Shown here: positions 36,820 to 44,931 of the stretch, piece after piece
Numbering within the stretch: the stretch's first letter is position 1
How the letters are laid out: each line of letters opens with the position of its first letter
Virus record (IMG/VR): IMGVR_UViG_3300032213_000542
Location: 1,966 to 65,965 of that record
Reading direction: 5' to 3' (one strand)
DNA: 64,000 nt
From: a virus
Lineage: Duplodnaviria > Caudoviricetes
Notes under the pieces: model-generated
What the model was told of the DNA's origin: nothing
What the model saw: the letters and a program-made list of their open reading frames with translations, nothing else
The model's database searches: none
Program-made: the position numbers and the translations under genes

Positions 36820-37006
36820 TGCGTGCCTCCATCATTGCGTCTGCTATTGCATAACTGCACTTAGTTAGGCGTTCTTGTTGTGTTTCCCATCCTGTACAAG
36901 CAGCCAACATACCCTGCATAGCCTTGGCCGCAAAGTAATCGCGCAGTGTCATGCCTGTCTCGTTGGTCAGGTGTGGGTTGGGAAATGCTTTCTCTTGAAT
37001 AGTCAT
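36806..37006 (-). CDS. Conserved small phage protein ('MTLRDYFAAKAMQG' family)
   Basis: Motif 'GMTLRDYFAAKAMQG...YAIADAMMEAR'. Confidence 0.75.
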   Translation of the reverse strand: MTIQEKAFPNPHLTNETGMTLRDYFAAKAMQGMLAACTGWETQQERLTKCSYAIADAMMEARNAKQ

Positions 37007-37785
37007 CACAGTGCTCCAAAAAGTTTCTGTAAGTAGGCGTGCACAGCCTTGGCTTGCACGAGCGTGAGTTGATCGACAGTATCTTCGGGACGCCAAGGGC
37101 GTGGTCGCGCTTGCAAAGGTTGCTCTGCGCTCACAGTCAACGCCCCGATACCGACACTGGTCGCGTCATGCGCGGATGCAGCTTCACCGCTTGTCTTGCG
37201 CTTAACGATAACGATCTTGCGTGCAGGTGGTGCTGTGCGTGCCACCTCCTCTGCCCTGCGTGCTTGCATCTTCTCTCTGCGTATCTTGCCGATGTTGTAC
37301 GGGATGAACGCAGGCACGATTGTGTGAAAGCCACTTGTGTTCTCGTCTTTACGAATCATGTCAGCCATCACCATCTGATAGACCAGTGATGAGACTGTTG
37401 TCTCCTTGTGTTGTTGCAACCCTTTCCTAATCTCCGCGATGCGCTGGCCGGGGTTGTCGCGCACGTAGTTGAACGTATCACGCGAGGCGTTATTAGTCAC
37501 GCCGAATAGGTGTTTGGCTTGTGTGTTAGTTGTCATGAGTTCTCCTTTGATTTGTTTCTGTTCGTCTTGATCCCACGCATTGAGCGTGTTGTTTAATGAT
37601 TCGCGCTTGGATGCTTCGTCTAGCTTCTCGCGCAGTTGCTCGCCTATCGTCTTTGCTATTTTCATTTCACTCTCCTTTGGTAGTGGTGGATTTCTTAATA
37701 CCTGACCATGCAACAGCAGGTCAACTTGATCTGGCAAAAGCGCAATGCGCCTCGCCGCATGGAACATATGTGCTCGTTTTCCCAT
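37006..37785 (-). CDS. Hypothetical protein with possible winged-helix (in-frame starts with RBS also at 37665 and ~37536)
   Basis: 'TFNYVRDNPG..IAEI...TTVSSLVYQMV...IRK' wHTH-like segment. Confidence 0.55.
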   Translation of the reverse strand: MGKRAHMFHAARRIALLPDQVDLLLHGQVLRNPPLPKESEMKIAKTIGEQLREKLDEASKRESLNNTLNAWDQDEQKQIKGELMTTNTQAKHLFGVTNNASRDTFNYVRDNPGQRIAEIRKGLQQHKETTVSSLVYQMVMADMIRKDENTSGFHTIVPAFIPYNIGKIRREKMQARRAEEVARTAPPARKIVIVKRKTSGEAASAHDATSVGIGALTVSAEQPLQARPRPWRPEDTVDQLTLVQAKAVHAYLQKLFGAL

Positions 37786-37803
37786 ACGCTTCTCCTTTCC
37801 TTC

Positions 37804-37835
37804 AGTATAGCAACTTGTCCAACGCTGGACAAGTT
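37804..37835 (-). promoter_or_regulatory. Sigma70-like promoter (TTGTCC-17-TATACT) overlapped by a palindromic operator (family B)
   Basis: AACTTGTCCA-ACGC-TGGACAAGTT at 37812-37835; -35 at 37827-37832, -10 at 37804-37809. Confidence 0.7.
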
Positions 37836-37843
37836 AGTGGCTA

Positions 37844-38110
37844 CTACGCTTGTTCTCCTTTCGTATAAACGCGGTTCAATGTGTTCGATGGTTGGTACAC
37901 CAAGCGAACCTCTTTCCTCTCGACCATGTAGTCGAGCGCGGCCATCATCAGCCATGTGTCACCCTTGATGATGCGTGTGACCTTCTCAAACGTATACGCA
38001 CCCGCTTGGAACAATAGCTTGCTCGAATGGTCACGCATCTGCATGAGAAGCTCTACGCCCTCCTCGCTGAATAACTCTGGTCGCATGTCTTCGTAGTTGT
38101 AGTTGCTCAT
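37844..38110 (-). CDS. Hypothetical protein
   Basis: 88 aa, GAGGA RBS. Confidence 0.6.
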   Translation of the reverse strand: MSNYNYEDMRPELFSEEGVELLMQMRDHSSKLLFQAGAYTFEKVTRIIKGDTWLMMAALDYMVERKEVRLVYQPSNTLNRVYTKGEQA

Positions 38111-38572
38111 TTCTTTTCCTCGATTGCTTGTTGAAACGCTATAAAGAATAGCGCGTGGGCGCAGGTCATCATGTAGTTCTCTTGTGCAAGGCCCTGCACA
38201 GAACCGATCAAACAGTACATGCCCATCGCTAGGTTCAGGTAGTTAATCCATGTGTTCATCTAATTTCCTTTCAAGGTTTGTATCCTGCCCAGAGGAACAG
38301 GGTGTAGTACATCTGCTTTTGCCAGTTCAGTTCAGGATAGTGTCGGTTCGCTTCAAATATCCACTCGGCTCGTTGCAATAGCTGTTGCTTTGTCATTTGA
38401 TTTCCTTTATTTCATCTACTCGTTCAATTTTCCAATCGTCATTGTTCCACTTGTCAGTGAATGACGCACCATCCATGTCACGCGCTATCGCGTAGGCTGT
38501 CGCCTCGTTTACCGCTTCGATTTCGGCTGAGCAGTATGTCACATAGGACGCGATTACTTTGTATCTTTTCAT
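38107..38572 (-). other. Three short ORFs (38107-38259, 38271-38396, 38393-38572)
   Basis: Read from sequence, below the track cutoff; each has an AAGGA RBS. Confidence 0.55.
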
Positions 38573-38626
38573 AGCTTTCTCCTTTTAAAAACGCAGGGGA
38601 ATTCCCCTGCAAAACGCATACACCCG

Positions 38627-39709
38627 TCACTCGCGGTACAGAGTGTCGAACACAGTGCACAACAATGTGTTGGCATCGTAGGTCTTGGTCAAGTCCATGA
38701 ACTTGTCGATCAACTCGTCCGTCAACAGTTTAGCGTCAAGGAACTTGACCGCCATCTCAGGGTCTTCAGGCCACACAGACTCACCGACTAGATAGAACAG
38801 CTCGTCAACATACCCCTTACGCGCATCATGCAACGCATAGCAGATGTCATCAATGGCAAAGTCGAACGGCTCGTCATAGTCCATGCCGTAGCCTTGCCAG
38901 TTGTATGCGCTGACACCATACGTCTTGACCTCTTGCACCTTGGGGTCACGCTCAACAGGCAGGGCATCCCAGTCGAACTTGAGCACAGCGGCGGCTAAGC
39001 GTTGCAGGTGGTTGACATCGAGGTGCTCACGCTCACCATGCTCAGAGTAGTAGCCGATCGAGATGTTGGTGCACTCAGGGATGTTGTCAACAAACTCTGC
39101 GGTATCGGTATACACACCGCTGTCATCGGTCGAATACATCAGCGCCATGTCATCGTCATTGAGCGCATTGGCAAGCGCTTGACCGAACACATCCGAACAG
39201 CAACGACCCCAACCTTGATGCGTGATCACGCTGTCTGTACCACGACGGTCAAAGGCAATGGCACGATCAAAACAATCGAGCAACTCAGGGTAGTACTTAG
39301 CGATGTGCTTAGCACCAATGCCGCCACACTCCTCGCCTTGCGTGAAGATGTAGTAACCAGCGATACCGCCGTGCATCATGTGCATGAGCATAGCCACACC
39401 AGCACCATCATCAGCACCGAGGCAGGACGCAGGCGTAGCGTGCCACTCATGCACCGCCTTGTTCTTAACCTTGCGTATCGGATTCTTACCCTCGACACGA
39501 TGCACAGTATCAACGTGCGCCACGAACAACGTGCGGTGGTTGTCATTGGTACGCGCATCAACGTGCAGGTTGCCACAGGTATCAATGAACGTCATCTCTT
39601 GCAGGTGCTCAGGCACAGCAGTCGCCAGCCATTGCGTGAACGCTTGCACACCCAAGCCAGCATGAGGGCGCTTGACAGTCAAAGCGCGGGTCAGTGTAGT
39701 CATCAACAT
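38627..39709 (-). CDS. M28/M20-family Zn-dependent peptidase/hydrolase
   Basis: 'FVAHVDTV', 'LGADDGAG', 'GEECG', 'FDRRG', 'YTDT', 'GYYSEH' co-catalytic Zn ligands. Confidence 0.85.
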   Translation of the reverse strand: MLMTTLTRALTVKRPHAGLGVQAFTQWLATAVPEHLQEMTFIDTCGNLHVDARTNDNHRTLFVAHVDTVHRVEGKNPIRKVKNKAVHEWHATPASCLGADDGAGVAMLMHMMHGGIAGYYIFTQGEECGGIGAKHIAKYYPELLDCFDRAIAFDRRGTDSVITHQGWGRCCSDVFGQALANALNDDDMALMYSTDDSGVYTDTAEFVDNIPECTNISIGYYSEHGEREHLDVNHLQRLAAAVLKFDWDALPVERDPKVQEVKTYGVSAYNWQGYGMDYDEPFDFAIDDICYALHDARKGYVDELFYLVGESVWPEDPEMAVKFLDAKLLTDELIDKFMDLTKTYDANTLLCTVFDTLYRE

Positions 39710-39711
39710 AA

Positions 39712-41196
39712 TTATTCTCCAGTAGTTTCGGTTGTTTCATCTTCATCGGTCACAGGCACGTAGTCCTTGTGATACGTCGTGCCGTCAATCTCAACACGAT
39801 CATCGCTGTCGTTGTCGCTGTACCAACCATCGGTTGCCTCGCATTGCCATGCGTCATCCTCGTGGCACATCGAACCATCAACTAGCTCGACACAGTTCTC
39901 ACGCATCTCGTACTGGCTGTTGTAGTCGTCGTAGCAGATGTCATCGTCATCGCACTCGTAGTACTCATCAACCGACTCGATGTACACAGCGTTGTCGCTG
40001 TGGCAGTACTCGCCGTCATGCAACCGAACGATGTTGTTGTCAGACAGATAGTCCTCGTCATACGCCTCGTCACCGACATGCACTACGTTGTCGCAATACA
40101 CATAGTACTGATTACCACGGCGGCCATACGCATAGTAGTAATTGTGGTCGCAGCATGACTGACAAACATACTCGTCCTCGGCAGCATTGACCCAGTACCC
40201 ATCGCCATCGTCAACGTTGGTACCGCAGTCGTTGCAAGTCTCGCAGTCCTCGTTGTCAGAGCACGAGCCGTCTTGGTTCTCGCAGTGATACTGACCGCCG
40301 CTTGTAACGCGCAAGTACTTGTTGCCCTCACGCGTGATGACATCGACATCCTTGAGATCGCCGTCAAGATACGGAGCGAGTGGTCTGTCGTAATGACCAT
40401 CGTAGTAACGCAACAGGCAACCCTCCCAATTACCATCGTGCGAATACCCTTGGTCACGCAACCACGCATTGAGACTGTCGTCAGCGTGTGAGAAGCTGGA
40501 TGAACTGGATGCACGCTGATAGGTACGCACGAACCGCTTGATGCCGTCACGCTCATACACCAGCGCACGACCGACGATCTCGCCACCCTCCTCACGCACA
40601 GCCATACCCCAACCGAGGCGAGGGTCGTAGCATTTGTAAGGATGATTGTCGAGGTTGCAGTTGCGCCAGTTGTTACTCATGCACGATGAAGGCCCGTCCA
40701 TCAGCACTCGAAGCATCTCGGCAGTGGTGTACACAACCTTGCAACCGACAACGCTATACGATGCGACTGTGTTGCGTATCTCATGGTCAGGCAGTTGCGG
40801 GAAGTGGCGCGTTAAGTACTTGCCAAGAGACGTGACAGTCTGAAGGTTGGCCTCACCCTTGCGCTCGTTCTGTGTGTACGCCACACGATTGCGATCTGAC
40901 TCGGCTTGATGTGGGTACTCAAGCACAAGCTGTTGCCAGTCAAGTGGGCGATAGTCAGCGAGTAACTTATCTACCGCAGGGTGCAAGCGAAAGCGTGACT
41001 GCAAGTCGCCGTGCCAATCACGAGCGTACAAGGTGCGCCCCGTATAGCTGTCGTTGTACGCATCCATGCGTCCGTTGGTGTCGATGTATGCCCTGAGTCG
41101 GCGGTGTTGCGACACCTTGCCCTCACGCAGTAAACGCAAGGCGATGTGGATGTTGGTCTGCACGTTGAGTGCGTCTGTCTTTGAATCGTATGTCAT
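39712..41196 (-). CDS. Hypothetical early protein with 'SCM' motif domain and Cys/His/Asp-rich repeat tail
   Basis: 494 aa; 'GPSSCM', 'GRALVY', 'PYLD', then CxxC pairs and acidic repeats. Confidence 0.75.
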   Translation of the reverse strand: MTYDSKTDALNVQTNIHIALRLLREGKVSQHRRLRAYIDTNGRMDAYNDSYTGRTLYARDWHGDLQSRFRLHPAVDKLLADYRPLDWQQLVLEYPHQAESDRNRVAYTQNERKGEANLQTVTSLGKYLTRHFPQLPDHEIRNTVASYSVVGCKVVYTTAEMLRVLMDGPSSCMSNNWRNCNLDNHPYKCYDPRLGWGMAVREEGGEIVGRALVYERDGIKRFVRTYQRASSSSSFSHADDSLNAWLRDQGYSHDGNWEGCLLRYYDGHYDRPLAPYLDGDLKDVDVITREGNKYLRVTSGGQYHCENQDGSCSDNEDCETCNDCGTNVDDGDGYWVNAAEDEYVCQSCCDHNYYYAYGRRGNQYYVYCDNVVHVGDEAYDEDYLSDNNIVRLHDGEYCHSDNAVYIESVDEYYECDDDDICYDDYNSQYEMRENCVELVDGSMCHEDDAWQCEATDGWYSDNDSDDRVEIDGTTYHKDYVPVTDEDETTETTGE

Positions 41197-41227
41197 TTGC
41201 TTACTCCTAAGTTACATAAAAAATGTC

Positions 41228-41243
41228 GGGGACATATGTCCCC
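41228..41243. promoter_or_regulatory. 16-bp palindrome, family A
   Basis: GGGGACATATGTCCCC; followed by a T-run on the - strand, so it may also act as a terminator. Confidence 0.65.
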
Positions 41244-41258
41244 AACGGGTTGCGCTGA

Positions 41259-41516
41259 TTACTCAGCGGGTTCAAAGTAGCCGAGCCATTGAGTGCCCTC
41301 GACTTGTGGTTGAAAAAAGCTGATGTCGTAGTTCGTATCGAAACTAACTGGCACAAGGAACAAGTTGTACCCACGCCCCTGCTCTGTCATGTGCTTGATG
41401 AGCGCAGGTAGATCGCGCGCAGGTGTTGTCGTTGCCCAGTCCCATGTACTTGCGGCAAAGAAATGTTGGTTAGCTTGTCGCTCTTGCTTTGATTTGTAGC
41501 CTGTCATCTGTGTCAT
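41259..41516 (-). CDS. Hypothetical protein
   Basis: 85 aa, AAGGAG RBS. Confidence 0.6.
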   Translation of the reverse strand: MTQMTGYKSKQERQANQHFFAASTWDWATTTPARDLPALIKHMTEQGRGYNLFLVPVSFDTNYDISFFQPQVEGTQWLGYFEPAE

Positions 41517-41704
41517 GCTGTCTCTCCTTGTGTTGCCCACTTGCGGTAGGCTGTTGTGAACAGGTCACCGAACGCGCCCTCGATGCGGCGCTGATTGGTC
41601 AGGTCTGCTTTCAAATACGCATCGGCTAGTGCCGAGGCAAAGCTGCCCTCGCGGGGCAGGTAGCGCACAGCTATCGTGTGCAGTTCATCTTGTGTAAATG
41701 TCAT
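41513..41704 (-). CDS. Hypothetical protein
   Basis: 'GSFASALADAYLKADLTNQRRI' motif; GGAG RBS. Confidence 0.65.
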   Translation of the reverse strand: MTFTQDELHTIAVRYLPREGSFASALADAYLKADLTNQRRIEGAFGDLFTTAYRKWATQGETA

Positions 41705-41765
41705 ATCATTTCTCCATCGGCCAGTACAGGGAAGGTGCGCGGCGTGGCCAGAACCATGCACCCTT

Positions 41766-41781
41766 GGGGAGATATCTCCCC
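41766..41781. promoter_or_regulatory. 16-bp palindrome, family A
   Basis: GGGGAGATATCTCCCC, intergenic. Confidence 0.7.
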
Positions 41782-41817
41782 GAAAAAAAATAGACACCCG
41801 ACAAACGACACTGGTCG

Positions 41818-42060
41818 TCAACGATAGAACGCTTCACGATACGCAAGCTCTGCCGCTGTTTTGTCATGCCCTTCGTAGACACTCGTGCCTTTGTGCAACA
41901 CGTAGTAGGTGTCGTCATCGGGGTGTCTGCCCCAATCGTTTTCTTTGTAGCCGACCCACATGATGGCGTCTTCGCCATAACGCACGATGGTCAACATAAC
42001 GCCCTCCGTCGGTGGTGTCCACACCACATCTCCGTTATCTAGCAGTGTTTGTTTTGCCAT
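41818..42060 (-). CDS. Hypothetical protein
   Basis: 80 aa ORF directly after the upstream stop. Confidence 0.55.
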   Translation of the reverse strand: MAKQTLLDNGDVVWTPPTEGVMLTIVRYGEDAIMWVGYKENDWGRHPDDDTYYVLHKGTSVYEGHDKTAAELAYREAFYR

Positions 42061-42062
42061 GA

Positions 42063-42794
42063 TTAAACCCCTTCGTCTGTATTAAAAAACCCGTGCCATG
42101 TAACAGGCAGGGCTTCGCCAACCTTTGCCTCATCTATCCATACAAGAGCTTGTGTAATGTTGGATACCCTTGTGTTTGCTTTGTTTATTTTCTCGGTGTT
42201 GCCTTCCATTTCGGCGATAGTGCATTTACTCTTGGCAACCTCTAACTCTTTCTCGGTGCGTGTCTTAAGGCGTCCATGCAGCTTTAACCACAGGGGCTTA
42301 GGCACAGTGCGCTCGAACGGCGTTTTCTTTTTGGCCTTCAACTTGTAGGGTATGGCCTCGAACAGTGCAGAGATGGCGAGTTTCTTTGACGGGCTAACCC
42401 AATCGACCCAGTGAATTCCTTTATTCGGGCGCATCGCCGCCTTTGCTATTTCGTAGGGTGTGAACTGTTGGCCGCGTTGTTGCAAGGTCATCTTGCTTAG
42501 TTCTTTATCAAGGCACGCAACGTATGCTTCCAAGGCGATGCGCCGTTCTTCCGATGCGTGGTACTTGAGCAAACCTTTGGCGGTTTTGAGTTCGTACTTG
42601 AGCGGGGTCATGAGTTCTTCCCACATTCGTGTGTGCTGGTATGCCTTTGGTCTTGATTTGACCAGCGGTTCTTTTTGTTCAGCAACCACACGCATGATTT
42701 CCTGCATGGCATGGGGGTGCATCTTGCGCTTTTGCAAGCGGTTGAGAAGTTCGTTCTCGGTGAGTTTCATGTAGTGTCGATAACGCATTGGCAT
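42063..42794 (-). CDS. Basic hypothetical protein (243 aa)
   Basis: ATG 42794 with AGGAAG RBS and extended -10 TGcTACAAT at 42826-42834; the longer track start runs through the AT-rich inverted-repeat region. Confidence 0.65.
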   Translation of the reverse strand: MPMRYRHYMKLTENELLNRLQKRKMHPHAMQEIMRVVAEQKEPLVKSRPKAYQHTRMWEELMTPLKYELKTAKGLLKYHASEERRIALEAYVACLDKELSKMTLQQRGQQFTPYEIAKAAMRPNKGIHWVDWVSPSKKLAISALFEAIPYKLKAKKKTPFERTVPKPLWLKLHGRLKTRTEKELEVAKSKCTIAEMEGNTEKINKANTRVSNITQALVWIDEAKVGEALPVTWHGFFNTDEGV

Positions 42795-42850
42795 GATTAA
42801 TCTTCCTAAAAAACAAGGTGAGGACATTGTAGCATGTAAAAGGGCATGAA

Positions 42851-43122
42851 TAATCTCAGTCGCTACAAAGTGAGACGCTCGGTAAGCCTTATGCGGCGGT
42901 GCTTTCGTGGTAGTCAGGCCTAGGTGTCTATCGTTTTTGAAAAGTGCCAAAAGGCAAACCCTAAAAGCAATGTCTTCGTGCAAGAAAATTTGGGTACACA
43001 TATAAATATGCAGGCTAGTATATATAAGTATTTCTATAAAGATATATATATAGGACGGTTTTGGGCGAAACGCCCTGTTCATGCGGGTTTGCAGATGTCT
43101 GAGTTTGTAGCGACTGAGATTA
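42851..43122. repeat. 19-bp perfect inverted repeat flanking an AT-rich core (candidate origin)
   Basis: TAATCTCAGTCGCTACAAA (42851-42869) / TTTGTAGCGACTGAGATTA (43104-43122); (TA)n-rich 43015-43052. Confidence 0.75.
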
Positions 43123-43162
43123 ATCTTGGACTATGCAAGAACAGGGTGTGATTCTTCCACTT

Positions 43163-43178
43163 GGGGAGATATCTCCCC
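43163..43178. promoter_or_regulatory. 16-bp palindrome, family A
   Basis: GGGGAGATATCTCCCC, intergenic. Confidence 0.7.
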
Positions 43179-43183
43179 GCACA

Positions 43184-43372
43184 TCACTTGAATAATCTTC
43201 CTTGGCGCAGGGGTTTGATGCCTAGCTTGACCATCTCCCATGTCGTCTCGGCTTGCTCTGCGTTGCGTATAGCCTTGGCCTTGCGCTCGTTGTTACGGGC
43301 TTGTTTTGCGAACTCGTCACGCAGGATGCGTAGCTTGGCGAGGTTGACTTCTTTGATTGATGTGTGACGCAT
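43184..43372 (-). CDS. Hypothetical protein
   Basis: 62 aa basic, AAGGA RBS. Confidence 0.6.
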   Translation of the reverse strand: MRHTSIKEVNLAKLRILRDEFAKQARNNERKAKAIRNAEQAETTWEMVKLGIKPLRQGRLFK

Positions 43373-43377
43373 GATGT

Positions 43378-43560
43378 TTATTCCTTAAATGATGTGACGA
43401 TGAGGGTGCATTGGATGCCGATGAGCAGGGGAGAGCCGATGACCATGATCTCCCACAGATAGCCGCCGCCGTTTTCTTCTGCGCCAGCAAGCCCGATGAG
43501 TGTGGTCAAGACGAGCAGGGAGAAAGCGGCCATGTTGCCGAGGATGAGTACTGGTTTCAT
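43378..43560 (-). CDS. Small two-TM membrane protein
   Basis: 60 aa, two hydrophobic segments, GGAG RBS. Confidence 0.6.
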   Translation of the reverse strand: MKPVLILGNMAAFSLLVLTTLIGLAGAEENGGGYLWEIMVIGSPLLIGIQCTLIVTSFKE

Positions 43561-43562
43561 GG

Positions 43563-43823
43563 TTACTCTCCGAGGTTGAGGTTGTGGAACAGTTCGCAAG
43601 CGAGGTTGAACACTTCGGGGTTCTTGCCGTTGCCAGCCTTGCTAATCGCAAACTCAAGAACAGCGCCGAGTGCGGCGATCTGTTCACGACTCAATGTCTG
43701 AGGTTGCAGGACTGCCTGTTGCCACGCCCAAAGGTCTGTGGTTTTTTGCATGGCAGGCCCAAAGGTTTGCCCGTTAATGGCGGATTGCCAACCGAGGTTG
43801 ACGTTGTTTGTGGAAAGTTTCAT
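43563..43823 (-). CDS. Hypothetical protein
   Basis: 86 aa ORF. Confidence 0.55.
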   Translation of the reverse strand: MKLSTNNVNLGWQSAINGQTFGPAMQKTTDLWAWQQAVLQPQTLSREQIAALGAVLEFAISKAGNGKNPEVFNLACELFHNLNLGE

Positions 43824-43904
43824 TTGATTTCTTTCAGAGTTTAGAAGTTAGACAGGTTTTGGAACACCGCACGACCCTCGCTTGCAGAGTCGCACGGAGA
43901 ATTT

Positions 43905-43920
43905 GGGGAGAAATCTCCCC
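43905..43920. promoter_or_regulatory. 16-bp near-palindrome, family A
   Basis: GGGGAGAAATCTCCCC, intergenic. Confidence 0.7.
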
Positions 43921-43922
43921 GA

Positions 43923-44363
43923 TCACTCGAACACGACCGAATCGCGCACCGCTTTGAGCAACGCATCGAACTCGGCTTTGGTCAAACCATCAGCCAGCGC
44001 AATGATCGCCTTGACCTTTGATGCGTTGACGCGCACGACCTTCGCCTCGCTCTTGGCTTGCTCTGGTTTGAAGTCGCGCACGAGGTGATGTGCGGCCTTC
44101 TTGCTCGCCGCGTTGACGGCTCGCTCGTGCTCTGCGCTACGTTGTGAGCGTGGTTGCTCAATGATCTTCTCTGCCTTCTCGCGTGTGATGTGCAGTTTGC
44201 CCATGACGTAGTTCAGGACAGCGCGTTGACGTAAGTCTGTACGTTGCTCAGGTGTCGCGTTGACGTATGCCTTGTGCAATGGGAGCGATGCTTCCAAGGT
44301 GAGGCGGTCAACTGAGCCGAGGTTGAAGAAGAAGTCGTTATGTGAAAGTACTGTGTGTGCCAT
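43923..44363 (-). CDS. First early gene, hypothetical protein (146 aa)
   Basis: GGAGG RBS before ATG 44363. Confidence 0.7.
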   Translation of the reverse strand: MAHTVLSHNDFFFNLGSVDRLTLEASLPLHKAYVNATPEQRTDLRQRAVLNYVMGKLHITREKAEKIIEQPRSQRSAEHERAVNAASKKAAHHLVRDFKPEQAKSEAKVVRVNASKVKAIIALADGLTKAEFDALLKAVRDSVVFE

Positions 44364-44380
44364 ATGGCCTCCGTTGATGT

Positions 44381-44396
44381 GGGGAGATGTCTCCCC
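44381..44396. promoter_or_regulatory. 16-bp near-palindrome, family A
   Basis: GGGGAGATGTCTCCCC between the early promoter and RBS. Confidence 0.7.
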
Positions 44397-44433
44397 GATT
44401 GATGCGGCTAAGAACTCCCTAACCGCTGAGGCT

Positions 44434-44442
44434 ATTATAACA
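44434..44442 (-). promoter_or_regulatory. Extended -10 early promoter (TGtTATAAT)
   Basis: Consensus TGnTATAAT about 70 nt upstream of the first early gene. Confidence 0.7.
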
Positions 44443-44640
44443 CGAGGGTACATCCGAAGCATTACTGGGCGGCGTTGCGGTGTTGAAAACTGAGAACTAT
44501 TGACCCCACCCTAGGGGCATCCCCCGATATTGGCGGACCGCGGTGGCCATGACGTGAACACTGTTCCGTAACCATCTTCACAATTTCTGTAATTCTTTAT
44601 ACCTACCCCAAAAATTTTTATAAAAATTTCCAAGAAACCT

Positions 44641-44656
44641 TGTCTAACGTTGTACA
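44641..44656. promoter_or_regulatory. Palindromic operator-like site (family B)
   Basis: TGTCTAACGTTGTACA, 2 mismatches to the 27181 site. Confidence 0.5.
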
Positions 44657-44753
44657 CTGTGGGGACTTGGCCGGTGTTGCTCTGCGGCGCTGTCAAGAAG
44701 CCCGTGACGATTCGGGACCAAAGCATCCGGGGGAGGGCGACCCGGAGCCAAAT

Positions 44754-44784
44754 AAAAAAACCCCAGCCATTGCTGACTGGGGTT
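44754..44784 (-). terminator. Rho-independent terminator
   Basis: CCCCAGTCA-GCAA-TGGCTGGGG followed by T7 on the - strand. Confidence 0.7.
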
Positions 44785-44861
44785 GAAAGAAGGCCGGAGC
44801 CCCCATAGGAGAAGCAATGGAGCGACAGCTCCTTTGGCCAGAGGCCAAAGGTGGCAACTGC

Positions 44862-44891
44862 TTGCACCACTACCGGAAGTTAGTGTACACT
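44862..44891 (+). promoter_or_regulatory. Sigma70-like promoter for the packaging operon
   Basis: TTGCAC-18-TACACT, 40 nt upstream of the terS start. Confidence 0.5.
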
Positions 44892-44931
44892 GACAGCATC
44901 GGGTAACGCAACCCGCCCCCAATAGGACAAA

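Noticed and set aside
42795-43082. N-terminal 96 aa of the 339-aa track ORF
   Set aside because: Runs through the inverted-repeat/AT core; RBS and extended -10 point to ATG 42794
41228-44396. Palindromic repeats as a CRISPR array (a Cas4-like nuclease is present)
   Set aside because: Repeats are 16 bp and separated by 0.5-1.4 kb of coding DNA; no cas1/cas2; stand-alone Cas4-like exonucleases are common in phage replication modules
44661-44751. Possible tRNA (begins GGGG, ends CCA)
   Set aside because: No acceptor-stem pairing of the ends and no TTCG/TTCA T-loop consensus at the right position
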